Assembly: GCF_009914755.1 (NCBI RefSeq)
Contig: NC_060926.1
Reading direction: 5' to 3' (one strand)
DNA length: 64,000 bases
DNA from: the human T2T-CHM13v2.0 reference genome, Homo sapiens
How positions within the stretch are numbered: the stretch's first letter is position 1; the number at the start of each line of letters is the position of its first letter. The notes under the pieces were generated by a model. The model saw nothing but the letters and a program-made list of their open reading frames with translations. It made no database searches and was not told the origin of the DNA. The position numbers were made by a program, and so were the translations under genes. Positions 13,659-27,598 of this stretch are shown piece by piece.

Positions 13659-14170
13659 ATGATTTTTTTTAACTTCTCCATAATTGGCGATTTCTAGAAT
13701 GCCATATAGCTGGAATCATGCAGTACATAGGATTATTGGGTTGGCTTCTTTCACTTAGCAGTATGCATTTAAATTTCCTCCATGCCTTTTCATTGCTTGA
13801 TATTCCATTTCTTTTTTTAATTACTGAATAATATTTAATTATCTGGATGTATCACAGCTTGTTCACCCAGCCATCTACTAAGGAGTACTAAGGCTGACTT
13901 TCTAACTGATTTGAACAGCCCATAGAGAGGAATCAGTGGGGAAATTTGTGTTTTCAATTAAGTATTCTAAGGTTTTTTATGTGTGTATAAGATACAGGTG
14001 GTGAGAGGTGAGTAATGAACGTCATTCATTCATTTTCCCAGCTCCAAAACAAAACCTCTTAAGCATTTTAATTCTTCTAGTCACTTTTATGTATATTAAT
14101 TTTAACAATTAAAATTATACTATAAATACAAGTTTCTACCTTGTATTTTTTACTTAATATTATGAAAATG

Positions 14171-14570
14171 TATAAGGACAGTTTAGGTATTTTGCTCTGA
14201 TCCCCTCTTCAAGGTATTTTCCCCTGCTACCCACCCCCAGCTACTGGGAATAGCAGCTGCTGGCAGCTCACAGCTGCATCCCTCACTAGGACTCGCTCTT
14301 GGCCTTAGCCAAGTTTATGCCCCTCCCAGGGTGGGCCCATGGCCAGTGACTGGCTAGCGCTTAATACAAAGGCTTGGACCCCTTTCCCCAAATTGGGGAA
14401 TACTCAGAACAGCCATGCCAGCTCCAGAGGTCAGCTGAGGCTTCCATTGTAACTGTATCGCAAATCAGCTTCTCCTTCCACTCAATCTTTCCTTCTTTAA
14501 TTCTAATCTCTTGAGAGCATTTCCTAATACAGCTCACCAACTCTGTGTCTGTTCCCAGGGATCAAATACA
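14171..14570 (+). mobile_element. 5' LTR of an ERV-L-class provirus (LTR16A-like)
   Basis: gatcccctcttcaagg...cccagctactgggaatagcagctgctggcagctcacagctg...ccagctccagag...tctgttcccaggga resembles LTR16A and aligns by eye with 23106-23519. Confidence 0.85.
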
Positions 14571-15031
14571 GTTGATATCAGAAATAGTCCTTAGAAGCAG
14601 ACTCTTTCATTGAATTCTAGATCACTTACAGCAATTACTTGGGCAATGGGGACCCCATCACCTGTGGTAGGTGGGGGATGGAGAGCCCTTAGAATCCTGT
14701 TGTGGTGCAGTTATTAAAATTTTCACAGGTGGTGAGCTGGGATGGGAAACCAGTGGAGGGAGATGCACTCGCTGGTGCAATATATCTGGTATTCAAAAGG
14801 TATAAGAGATGGTAAATATAAGGGCTATGGGATTTGAGGGCCATTGCTATGACTTGATTCATTGAAGAAAGATACGACAGACTCAGTGTCATTCATCATC
14901 AATTCAAGGAAAAATAAGAAAACTAGAAGGTCTCTTGGGTAGCATTTAAGGAAACCCCAACCTGCTACAGGTAGAGGACAGCAGAGCAGAGATCCAACTA
15001 AGGACTTCATCATAACAGTAGTGGAGCTTCT

Positions 15032-15311
<280 letters not shown>

Positions 15312-15467
15312 AGTAGTGGAGCTTCAGAGAGGGTTGAATTCCCAACACCAGGAAGTCTCCTGTGTCAAATTCGGGGCCCTACTAAGGAAGCAGTGGGACC
15401 CTGATTCCCCTACACTTGTTGGGACTATAAAAGAAGCCCACTCCCATTTGTTAGAGGATACTGCCTC

Positions 15468-17610
15468 GGAAGTCTTAGCTAGAGCAATCAGACAAGAGGA
15501 AAGAAATAAAGGGCATGCAAATTAGAAAGGAAGAAATCAAATTATCCTTGTTGCAGATGATATGACCTAAAGACTCCACCAAAAAACTATTAGAGCTGAT
15601 AAACAAATTCAGTAAAGTTGTAGGATACAAAATCAACATACAAAAACTCATAACATTTCTACATGTCAACAGTGAATAATCTGAAAAAGAAATCAAGAAA
15701 GTAATCCCATTTACACTAGCTACAAATAAAATATCTAGGAATTAACCAAACAAGTGAAAGATCTCTACAATGAAAACTATAAAACATTAATGAAGGAAAT
15801 TAATGAAAGAAAGACAGCACCAAAAAATGGAGAGATATTCCATGTTTATGGATTGGAAGAATCAATATTGTTAAAATGTCCATGCTGCCCAACACAATCT
15901 ACAGATTGAATGCAATCGCCATCAATATACCAATGACATCTTTCACAACAATAGGAAAAAAACAACCCTAACATTTATATGGAAGCACAAAAGACCCAGA
16001 ATACCAAATCTCTCCAGAGCAAAAAGAACAAACCTGGAGGAATCACATTATCTGACTTCAAATTATACTATAGAGCTATAGTAACCAAAACACCATGGTA
16101 CTGGCATAAAAACAGACACATAGACCAAGAAAACAGAACAGAGAACCCAGAAATAAATCCATACATCTACGGTGAACTCATTTTCAATGATAATACCAAG
16201 AACATACATTGGGGAAAGGACAGTCTTCTATAAATAGAGCTGGGGAAACTGGATTTCCATATGCAGAAGAATGAAACTAGACCTCACCATATACAAAAAT
16301 CAAATCAAAATGAATTAAAGAATTTAAGTTGGCAAACTATGAAACTATGAAAGAAAACATTGGGGAAACTCTCCAGAATATTGGACTGGGCAAAGATTTC
16401 TTGAGCTATACCCTACAAGCACAGGCAACCAAAGCAAAAACAGACAAATGAGAACACATCAAGTTAAAAAGCTTCTGCAAGGCAAAGGAAACAATTAGCA
16501 AAGTGAAGAGACAATCCACAGAATGGGAGAAAATATTTGCCAACCATCCAGCTGACAAGGGATTAATAATCAGAATATATAGGCAGCTCAAACAACTCTA
16601 TAGGAAAAAATCTAATAATCTAATTAAAAATGAGCAACACATCTGAATTGACACTTCCCAAAAGACACACAAATGGCAAACAGGCATATGAAAAAGTGCT
16701 CAACATCATTGATCATCAGAGAAATGCAAATCAAAACTACAATGAGATGTCATCTCACCCTAGTTAAAATGGCTTTTATCCAAAAGACAGACAACAAATG
16801 CTGCCAAGGATGTGGTAGCAATTGACATTGTTGGTGGGAATGTAAATTAGTACAACCACTATGGAGAACAGTTTGGAGGTTCCTCAAAAAACTGAAAATA
16901 GAACTATCATAAGATCCAGCCATCCCACTGCTAGGTATCTACCCAAAAGAAAGGAAATTAGTATATCAAAGAGATATGTTCACTCCCATGTTTTTGCAGC
17001 ACTATTCACAATAGCCAAGATTTGGAAGCAACCTAAGTGGCCATCAACAAACAAGTGGATAAGAGAAATGTGGTACATATACACAATGAAGTACTATTCA
17101 GCCATAAAAAAGAATGAGATTCTGTCATTTGCAACAACATGGATGGAACTGGAAGTCATTATGTTAAGTGAAATAAGCCAGGCACAAAAAGACAAACTAC
17201 ATGTTCTCACTTATTTTGGGGAGCTAAAAACAAAAACAATTGAACTCATAGAGACAGCAGAAAGATGATTACCAGAGGCTGGGAAGGGTAGTTGGTAGGA
17301 GGGGGTAAGTGGGAAGGGTTAATGAGTATAAAAATATAGTTAGACAGAATGAATAAGATCTAATATTTGATAGCACAGCAGGGAGACTATGGTCAATAAT
17401 TCATTGTACATTTTAAATAAGAGTATAATTGGATTGTATGTAACACAAAGGAATGATAAATGCTTGAGGTGATGGATACCCCATTTACCCTGATGTAATT
17501 ATTACACATTATATGCCTGTATCAAAATATCTCGTGTACTTCATAAATATATGTAACTACTATGTACCCACAAAAATTAAAATTTTTTTTAAATTTAAAT
17601 GTTTTTTTTA
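15468..17610 (+). mobile_element. 5'-truncated L1MA (L1MA1-3-like): 3' half of ORF2 plus 3'UTR
   Basis: gcagatgatatg (RT ADDM motif). ORF-track fragments 15979-16233 and 16861-17268 resemble L1 ORF2. 3'UTR gttagacagaatgaataagatcta. TSD gatactgc(c/t)tc at 15457-15467 and 17613-17623. Confidence 0.93.
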
Positions 17611-18008
17611 AAGATACTGCTTCCTTTTCTGTTTGAAAATCATGCAGAAACCTCAGATGAGGCAGTTGCCTTGCAGACAATGCTTGCCCCTCTTGGGATC
17701 GACCACCACCTACCATCATGACAACCAGACTGATCACAAGGTTGGAATCCCAACATGGTCCAACTGGCAAAGTGCTGCTAAAGGAAGAAAGAATCAGCAC
17801 ACCAGAGAAGCTTTAGGACATGGCTAGCATGTTCAAAAAGGAGCCAGGAGCATGTGCCTGGATCTGAACCCCAAGAAACCTGGATCAAGGGGGAGTAGGC
17901 AGAACATAAGGTTGAAGAAGGAGCTTGTCAATGTGGGAACACTTTCCTGAGACAAATGACTTTGCACTCTGGCAAGGACCCCGGGAGAAGGTACTAATAC
18001 ACCAGGAT

Positions 18009-19044
18009 TGTTGCGGAAAGTCAGGAACCCCGAACGGAGGGACTGGCTGGAACTGAAGCAGAAGAACATAATTGTGAAGATTTCATGGACATTTAACAGT
18101 TCCCAAAATTAATACTTTTATAACTTCTTACGCCTGTCTTTACTGCAATCTCTGAACATAAATTTTGAAGATTTCATGGACATTTATCACTTCCCTAATA
18201 ATACTCATAATTTCTTATGCCTGTCTTTACTTTAATCTCTTAATCTCATTATCTTTGTAAACTGAGAATGTTTGTCACCTCAGGACTGCTATTGTACAAA
18301 TTGATTGTAAAACGTGTGTTTGAACAATATGAAATCAGTGCACCTAGAAAAAGAAGAGAATAACAGCGATTTTCAGGGAACAAGGGAAGATAACCATAAG
18401 GTCTGACTGCCTGCGGGGTCAGGCAGAATAGAGCCATATTTTTCTTCTTGCAGAGAGCCTATAAACGACGTGCAAGTAAGAGAGATATCGCTGAATTCTT
18501 TTCCCCGCAAGGAATACCCTGGAGAAGGAATGCATTTCTGGGGGGAGGTCTATAAACAGCCGCTCTGGGAGTGTCTGTCTTATGCAGTTGAGATAAGGAC
18601 TGAAATACACCCTGGTCTCCTGCAGTACCCTCAGGCTTACTAGGATTGGGAAATTCCACCCTGGTAAATTTTGGTCAGACGGGTTCTCTGCTCTCGAACC
18701 TGTTTTCTGTTAAGATGTTTATCAAGACAACACGTGCATAGTGGGACATAGACCCTCACCAGTAATTCTAATTTTGCCTTTGCCTTGTGATCTTTATTGC
18801 ACTTTGAGGCATGTGATCTTTGTGACCTACTCCCTGTTCATACACCTTCCCCACTTTTAAAATCTCTAATAAAAACTTGCAGCTCAGAGGACATCACGGA
18901 CCTACCAATATGTGATGTTATCCCCGGAGGCCCAGCTGTAAAATTCCTCTCTTTGTATTCTTTCACTTATTTCTCAGACTGGCCAACACTTAGGGAAAAT
19001 AAAAAGAACCTAAGCTGAAATACTGGGGGCTGGTTCCCCTGATA
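18009..19044 (+). mobile_element. MER11 solo LTR (HERV-K HML-8 family)
   Basis: Starts tgttgcggaaagtcaggaaccccgaacggaggg and ends gggggctggttcccctgata. Has the internal duplicated gaagatttcatggacattt block, TATAAA at 18551 and AATAAA at 18868. TSD caggat/aaggat. Confidence 0.93.
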
Positions 19045-22000
19045 AAGGATGGATTTTGGAAGCTTGGAAACAGTAATGACCTACCCTAAGTGAATTAGAA
19101 AAGCCAGAATTTCTATGGCAGATGGAGGAAGAAAGGATCAAAAGGCTTGGGGAAGTAGGCAAGGCTTAATGTTATACTAGTAAGACAGGAAAACCCACTG
19201 ACTCACTATGCCCTCTGGTAGGGCCAGAGGTACTCCAATGACCAGAACAGTAAAGAATGCACTGGTAAGGGAACACCAGCATTGCTGAGAAGCTCAGTGG
19301 GGCTGTGCTCTGTAGGCCAGGGTTGATGGTAAGAGAAGCTGCTGTAGAAATAGGATCTCTGATAGCTATGAGAAGTATAGAATCCCAACATTAAATTAGA
19401 GTCTGAATGGAGATACTTACCCATCAGAAGCAATATGGGTACAATTATCATAAGACCACAGTAACAAGTGGGGGACCCAACCCATAGAAGGTATGAAGAT
19501 GGTTAACAGGACACAGGGTCCCTAGGAGCAAGATAGATGGGCAGCCAACAAAGGAACAATCAAAGCAACCAAACAATCAAAGGCACCAAAGATGGATGAG
19601 GAATTTGAGGACAGCCACCCCAATAAACAAAATCACAATCTGTTGCCCAGTTTCTGGATCTAGCAAGTTCTCAGACCAGGAATTCACTGATGAAGGAGAG
19701 ACCATTTCCTATAAGAATAAGTCTTGCCACACCATGACTACTGTATCTAGTAATAATTCCTCAACATTTCCCCAAAGACCATCTATTTGGTACTCACAAA
19801 GTGGGGAAGGAGGGTTTTCCAGACGTTTTGAGGATTGTTGGAATTGAGGTATAAATTGACATTGATAACCAGAGACCCAAGGCATCCCAGGTTATAGACC
19901 CTTGTTACAGAAGGGACACATGGGGGCCAGGTTAAGTAAATGGAGACTTGACCCAGGTTCACACTGGGTCTACTTGGGTCCACAGACTGGATCCCAAATG
20001 TATAATGCAATGAACATGCTTAGTAGTTTGCAAAACATTTACATTGATTCTTTGACTTCTGGGGTAAGAGATACTGAAGTGGGACAAGCCAAGAAGAAGA
20101 CTTTGAAACTGCTTCCTCCAAATCCCATCCCAGGCCAAGACAGTAATATTAAGAATAATATTGCATCCCAAGAGAGACAGGAAAGATTAGTGCTACACTG
20201 GAAAACGCATAATTAAGAGACATTGGGTCCTCTGATATTACCATTTAATTCATTCATCTGCTCCCTACAAAAATTAGATGGATCATGGAAAATGACAGCG
20301 AATTACTAAAACTCATCCAATTAGTAGCCCCTACTATACTGCTATACTAGATGCAGATCTTCACTAAAGCAGATTCACGCAGCCATAGACCTGGCAAATG
20401 CTTCCTTTTCCAGACCTATTAGAAAGGAGGATCAAAAACAGTTCTCATTCTTGTAAAAGGAATAATCATATACATGCATGGTCTCACCCCAGGGCTATTG
20501 TTAATTATTTTGCCTCTGTGTTAATATTGTCTGAAGAGCCTGAACCATCTGGACAACGTGCAAAACATCTCATTGGTCCACTATATCCATAACATTATGC
20601 CAGTTGGGTTCAGTTGAGCAAGAAGTGGCAAATATATCGGAGACCTTGGTAAGGCATGTAGGAGATAAATCCTCTAAAGATTCAGGGGCTACCCCATCAC
20701 GAATGTGGATCCAGTAGTTTGGGGCATACCATTATGTCACTCAAAGTAAAAGACAAAGTACTGCATCTCTCACTTCCCACCACTAAGAAGAAAGCACGAT
20801 ACTTGGTAGCCCCTGTTGGTTCTGGAGGCAGCATATTCTGCATTTGGGAATTCTGTTCTGACCCACTTACCGGGTGACACAAGAAGCCACTATCTTTGAC
20901 AGGGGTTCGAAGAAGGAAAGGGCTCTGCAGCAAGTCCCAGGCTGTAGTGAAAGCACCATATGGGTTATACGAGTGATCAGAGCCTATTGCACTAGCAGTA
21001 TCAATGGTGTAAAAAGATTCCATATGGGGTTTTATGGAAAACCCCAATAGGAGAAACACAATGTAGGGCCTGGGGTTCTGGAGCAAGGCAATGCCATCTG
21101 CAATAGAAAACCATACGCCCCATGAAAAGCAGTTCCTGGTGTTCTACTGGGCTCTGGGAGACACAGCATCTGTTCACAGGACATGAGATGATTATGTGGC
21201 CAATCCTGCTCACCATTCACTGGATGCAGTCATAAAGTCAAGCAGGACCAACAACCCATGATAAGATGGAAACGGTGCATCTGGAATCTGGAATCAGGCA
21301 TAAGCAGGGTGAAGGGATATGTGTAAGCTGTGTTTTTCCCCATGTTGAACCGGGGTCCCTTTCTCACATCCATGACTGATAAGTCTCTTAGGACCAGTTG
21401 ATGAAGAGAGAAAAGTCCAAGCTTGATTCATGTATTGGTTGGCTTAGCATGTCAGTATGAGCCAAAATGGACTGATGCTATCATATAACCTCATTCAGGA
21501 GTGGCCTGATAGATAAGGGTGTGGAAAAATCCTCCCAGTGAGCAGAGCTCTGGGCCGTGCCCATGGTCATCTACTTTGTGGAGGGAGAGGAGCAATCATA
21601 GGTAAGAATATAAATGAATTCAGGAGTATTGGCAAAAAGCCTGGTAGGTTGGTCAGAGGCCCAAAATTAGGAAGATTAGAAAATTGGACACAGGGAGATC
21701 TGGTGAAGAGGGCCACTGATGGAGCTAAGGAATGGACACTGAGTATGAAGATCTTATATCTCATTTTAACACACAACAGAGAACTTCAACTGCAGAAGAG
21801 ATTAACCACGTAAACAGGACCACTCAGCCAGCTCATGCCAGCTGGCCTCTCTCATCAGCCACCCAGGTGCTGGCACAGTTAGCTTTTGAGTGGAGAATCC
21901 AATACCAGTGGGGATGGAGGTCATGCAAGGACCCAGCCACATGGGCTCCCATTCCCTAAAGCTGATCCAGCTACTGCTGCTGTCAAAAGTTCAACCTGTC

Positions 22001-22436
22001 AGCAACAGAAGCCAATATTGAGCCTCTAATCCAGACTAGTCAGCCATTTGATGGCAAGTTGACCACACTGGACCCCTTTTACTGTGGAAGCAGCAGCTAT
22101 TTATTTATCAATGTGGAATTGACACATATTTCAGGTATAGGTTTGCCTTTCCTGTCTCCAGGGCCTCAGCCAGATCCACTATCCAAGGTGATGAGAGTGT
22201 TTGATCCGCCAACACAGCATCCTGAATAGCACTGTCTTGAATCAAGGACCCCTTCACAGCAAGTGGTGAAACCATGGCACATGGAATCTACTGGTCCTAA
22301 CAGGTATGGCACTACTCAGAAGCCACCAGCCTGACAGGGCAGAGGAATGGCCTCTTACAGATACAACTGAGGCACCAGCTTGGAAATAATACTTTACAAA
22401 GAGAGGCACCATCCTCACCCCAAGTAGTTAGAATAC

Positions 22437-22814
22437 ATGGATCTAATAAGGGGTGGAATCAGAGGTGACCCCACTTACCTGACGGCCAGTGGCCCACTTG
22501 CTTCCTATCCCCGCCACTTAAGCTCTGTGAGCCTTGTGGTCCTGATTCCCAGAGAGCAAACACTTCCACTAGGGAAGGCCAAGGGAATCCCACTGAAAAT
22601 GAAGCTATGGCTGCTTACTAGCCACTGTAGAGTCCTCAGGCCAAGAGACCAGCAGGCAAGGAAAGGAGCCACTATCCTGGCAGGGTCATTGCTCCTGATC
22701 ATCAGGAGGTGGGACTCCTTCTCCACGATGCGGTCAAGTGATCCACCAGTGTCCCTTGGTGCTTCTGTATCCTGTTTTAGTAGTAAATGGGAAAGAAAAG
22801 CAGTCATGGCCTGA
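22437..22814 (+). pseudogene. ERV-L dUTPase-like remnant downstream of integrase
   Basis: ORF segment LSSVSLVVLIPREQTLPLGKAKGIPLKMKLWLLTSHCRVLRPRDQQARKGATILAG resembles ERV-L LCSAGLEVLVPEGGMLPPGDT..IPLNWKLRLPPGHFGLL....QQAKKGVTVLAG. The frame shifts after LAG. Confidence 0.8.
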
Positions 22815-23105
22815 GAAATAGGGCTCACACCCCACAGGGATGAGGATCTGGGTCACCCCTTCAGGCAAGCCATGTAGACCAGTAGAGATGCTGCTTGAAA
22901 GTGAGGAGATACTGGAATGGGTAGCTAAAGAGGGGCATGATACATAATCATTTCAGCCTTAAGATCAACTACAGCAACAACAGCTGTAGTTTATTCTAGC
23001 AACATTTCTCTTGTAAGCTCCTCAGGAAATGAGACAAACCAGAATGCTGGAGAAGGCATGCCCAAACATGGTGGCAAGTGGATCTGAGCAACTCAAAGGG
23101 TGGAC

Positions 23106-23519
23106 CATGGTGAAAACTGTGATGCTCTGCTCAGAGCCCCTCTTCAAGGACAATACACAAATCCTCAAGCTGCTGGGAATATCAGCTGCTGGTGGTTCAT
23201 AGCTGAATCCCTTCTGAGAATTCCTCTCAGCCACAGGGGATTGCTTTGGCCAAGGTTACATACCCCACCCATGGGACAGCCCAAGACCAAAGACTGGTTG
23301 TTGGAGGGCTACAAAGACCTGATCACTTGCCTCAATTTGGGGTTACTCTGAAGGGCTATTCCAGCTCCAGGGCTCCTTGTGGGATCACTTGAGGCCTCTG
23401 CTGCAACTATATTGCAATCTGCCTTCCTTGTTTTCTTATGTGTATAGACCACTCCACAATAAAACTTCTATATACAACTCATTGACTCACTCTCTTTCCA
23501 AGGAACCCAATCGAAAACA
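23106..23519 (+). mobile_element. 3' LTR of the provirus (LTR16A-like)
   Basis: Follows the polypurine tract and is homologous to 14171-14570. AATAAA at 23458-23463; ends ggaacccaatcgaaaaca. Confidence 0.88.
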
Positions 23520-23577
23520 AATGCTCCTAGCATGGGAAAATATTTATGAAAAATCATGTATTCTGATAGCATATAAC

Positions 23578-24025
23578 TGATTCAGGGCAAGCAAGCCCTA
23601 AACTGGGGCTTAGCCTGTGAGGGTTCTTGGCTTTGCCCAGGAGAGAAGGGCAGGCTCAAGTAGACGAAAATGGCTTTATTTGAAGAGGCTGTGTTACAGC
23701 TCCCTGACTGCTCCTGCTGAGCAGGTGTATCCTGTAGGCAGAAAGTAGGAGCTCAGGGCAGTTTTGCAGTCATATTTATACCCATTTTTAATTGCATGGA
23801 GATTAAGGAGCAGTTTATGCAGAACTCTCTAGGGAAGGGGTAGTAATCTGTGGGCCATCAGGTCATTGCCATGGAATGGGGTGGTAACCCCCAGGTGTTG
23901 CCATGGCACACTAGTGGGCATGTCTGATTAGAAAGCTGCTTCCACCCATCCCTGTTTTAGCTAGTCCTCAATCTGGTCCTGCATCCAAACCCCACCTCTG
24001 GAGTCAAGTCTCACCTCTTACTTCA
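23578..24025 (-). mobile_element. MER66-like ERV1 solo LTR
   Basis: tgattcagggcaagcaagccctaaactggggcttagcc...ctgttttagctagtcctcaatctggtcc...cctcttacttca; approximate 4-bp TSD taac/ttac. Confidence 0.8.
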
Positions 24026-24644
24026 TTACCACTCTCCAACATGTGAACATTTGCTGATCTCCAGCTATGTGCTAGGAACTGTCCCACACTTTTTAACATT
24101 TACTCTTTCATTTAATCTTCACAATGAGCCTGCAAGGTAAGTATATCTGTTACAAATGCTTTGGATTGCTAGAACAGCCTCAGCAGGTCAGCTTTTTGTT
24201 GTGTGTGTACCCTAAAAGATGTACTTTGGTAGACAGAACAGTAAATGTACACTTTACCATAAACCATGGTGAGCAAAAAAACACATTTTTAAACAGTATA
24301 AATTTATTTAACTGTTGACTGCAAAGAAATAACGGTAAAGCTAACTTCTGTGTTAAAATGTAAGAATAAAACTTTACAACAATAGCAAGATTAGAAAGGG
24401 GGATGGTCAGTGCATCATTAAACATGATAAAGTCTTTGCCTTGGTTAGAAAGACAAGATAAAATACCAAGTAACTTTGAAATATTAAAATAATTTAAACT
24501 TAGCTTTAAAAATTAAGGTATACACTAAAAGAATAGCAATATAATTATAGCTTTCAAACTGGCAAAGAAAAAAAGAAAGGGAATATAGATAATTTTATGA
24601 GTCTAATAGAAGACAGGAAAAGAGGCAGGGAAGTAGTAAAAATA

Positions 24645-25122
24645 AAGATGGACTATTTCTAGCTGGAGATGCTGGCATTTCCCAATCTCCTCTGAGGCTA
24701 AGGTTTGCATGCAAGTGAGGTTACACATCGTTCATACCAGTTGAAGAGTTAGAAGATGGAAGTGAGACAGAGGCCATGTTCCTCCAAACTTGTTGGCTGT
24801 CTTCACTAACATGCAGAGTTGTGGCAATGACAGGCTTGACTTCAGCAGTTTTTCTGTCTGTTCTCCAGCTTCTTGGGTCCTGAGAGGAAATTGGTACAGC
24901 AAGGATGGCTTCTTGATTTTGGCACAGCCAAGATGGTAGCCTTAGAAATATTGGTCTTCTGTTGAGTCAGTTCTGTATTCCTCAAGGAATCATTCTGGAA
25001 AATGCCTAGAACCAACTCTTTCAGCTAGGCCAACAATCTTAGAGCATCTAATTCCCTATGCTCTAGCTGTTTCTAAGACACCTAGAACAGTCTCAGTGTC
25101 CTTAACAAAACTCTAACTGATA
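24645..25122 (+). mobile_element. Old ERVL-type solo LTR (LTR33/LTR41/LTR50-like; family uncertain)
   Basis: The 3' end taattccct...cctagaacagtctcagtgtccttaacaaaactctaactgata resembles old ERVL LTR termini. Confidence 0.4.
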
Positions 25123-25397
25123 AACGTGAGAGGAAGTAGCTTCCAAGAAGATATAAAAGCCATAAGTTTGTAATGTACCTAAATATCATACACTTGAAAT
25201 ACGTACAGCAAAAACAGAGAATTTCAAGGAGAAATTGTCAAACCCAAAATGATCAGAAATTTTAAACTTATTTCTATTAGAAATAGATAAGCAATGTGAA
25301 AATTTTTAGGGCATAGAAATTTCAAATAACACAAATAACTAAGCCTGATCTAATAGAGCTTCATGGAATCACACAATTAACAAATAGAGAACAGGTG

Positions 25398-25704
25398 GGT
25401 TTTTTTGTTTTGTTTTGTTTTTTGAGACAGAGTCTCGCTCTGTCACCCAGGCTGGAGTGGCAGTGGCACAATCTTCGCTCACTGCAGCCTCCACCTCCCG
25501 GGTTCAAGCAATTCTCTTGCCTCAGCCTCCTGAGTAGCTGGGACTACAGGTGCGCACTACCACGCTCAGCTAATTTTTTGTATTTTTAGTAGAGGTGGAG
25601 TTTCACCGTGTTGGCCAGGGTGGTCTTGATCTCCTGACCTCGTGATCCGCCTGCCTCTGCCTCCCAAAGTACTGGGATTACAGGCATAGCCACCATACCC
25701 GGCC
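25398..25704 (-). mobile_element. AluSc-like SINE
   Basis: Full dimer with gatctcctgacctcgtgatcc. Confidence 0.92.
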
Positions 25705-26097
25705 AAGGATATGTAGAATATTTATTAAAATCTACTACATTCTAGGTGTCAAAAAAATTCTCAACCAATTTCATAACAGACACTGCAACCTGGCTATAGT
25801 GCAATTAAATCATAAATTAACAATAAAATAATGTTTTTAAAATTTATGCTAGGAAAAATTTAAATAAATTCCTAAATAGTTTAAGGATGAGAAGAGGAAA
25901 CTACAAAATACTATATTGAGAAATTATCAAAGAACCACATATCCAAACTTATGATATGAAGTGAATTTGTAGCATTAAATCCATTTATTACAAAACATAA
26001 ATGATTGAAAATGAATGAGTTAAACATTCAAGAATCTATGAAAAGAAAAAACAGTAAATTTGTTATGAATAAACTAATAGCATAAAAAGTATTACTA

Positions 26098-26429
<332 letters not shown>

Positions 26430-26811
26430 TTAACTGAGTAAATCTAAGGAGAGTTGTAGGAAGAAAACAATAAAGACGGGGACAGAAATTGGTGAATAAG
26501 AAAATGATAAAGTCCATGCACAAAAAAACAAAAACTGGTTCTTTAAAAAAAATTATTAAAATGGTCAAACATCTAGCAAGAACAAACATGAATAAAGAGA
26601 AAAATGTATAAATAAAAATATTAGGATCTAAAAAGGAGATATACCTATAGAAACAGCAGAAATTTTTTAAAATTATATAAAAACATTTTAAAACCAATGC
26701 AAATAAATTTGAATACTAAAGTAAAAGGGAAATTTTCTTATAAAAATATTAATTAGCAAAAATCACTCGGCATAGGAAACCTTTAAAAAATGATTAAAGA
26801 AATTAAATATA

Positions 26812-27066
26812 GGCTGGGCGCAGTGGCTCACGCCTGTAATCCCAGCACTTAGGGAGGCCAAGGTGGCGGAACACTTGAGGTCAGGAGTTCAAGACCAGCC
26901 TGGCCAACATCATGAAACCCATCTCTATTAAAACTACAAAAATTAGCTGGGCACGGTGGCGGGCGCCTGTAGTCTCAGCTACTCAGGAGGCTGAGGCACA
27001 AGAATCACTTGAACCCCAGAGGCAGAGGCTGCAGTGAGCTGAGATCGTGCCACTGCACTTTCTCTA
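26812..27066 (+). mobile_element. AluS missing its 3'-terminal ~20 nt and most of its tail
   Basis: Dimer stops at ccactgcact; TSD aaagaaattaaat at 26796-26808 and 27067-27079. Confidence 0.9.
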
Positions 27067-27598
27067 AAAGAAATTAAATCAGTAATCAAAATCTCTTCCC
27101 TGCCCCCACAAAAATCAGTCCCTCGATTCCAGTTATCAGGTTTGAAAAAAAAAAAACAAAACACTGAATAGATTTAAGTTGGAGAACAAAAAAAAATATG
27201 CTTTGTAAACTCCATATTGCTGAAGACAGAATATTCTTGTACCTTGAAAGTAACACCCTTCTTCCTCTCCCCTTCTACCTTCCTACCTTTTCTTCTAGAT
27301 TTTACCATTTATGGACGTATCCCTAAGTAATACATTTTTGAATATTGCATTTAATTTGAAATTTCAATGAATGGAACCACACTGTCAGTATTCTTTGCAA
27401 CTTGCTTCATCCCCTTAACATAGTATTCATAAGAAACAGCCATGTTTTGTTATCACAGAATGAGTATAATATTATTACTAAATTAATATAACATAATTTA
27501 TTTCTGCATTCTCTTCTCAACGAGCATTTGGGTTATTTCTAATTCAAACAATGCTGTGGTTTACAGTCTTGTACCTATCTCCTAGAATGTCTCTAGAG

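Noticed and set aside
15979-17268. ORFs resembling real proteins (also 32733-33065 and 39884-40255)
   Set aside because: Fragments or antisense frames of truncated L1 ORF2, not host genes.
18065-18240. ~90-bp direct repeat
   Set aside because: An intrinsic feature of MER11 LTRs, not a CRISPR-like array.
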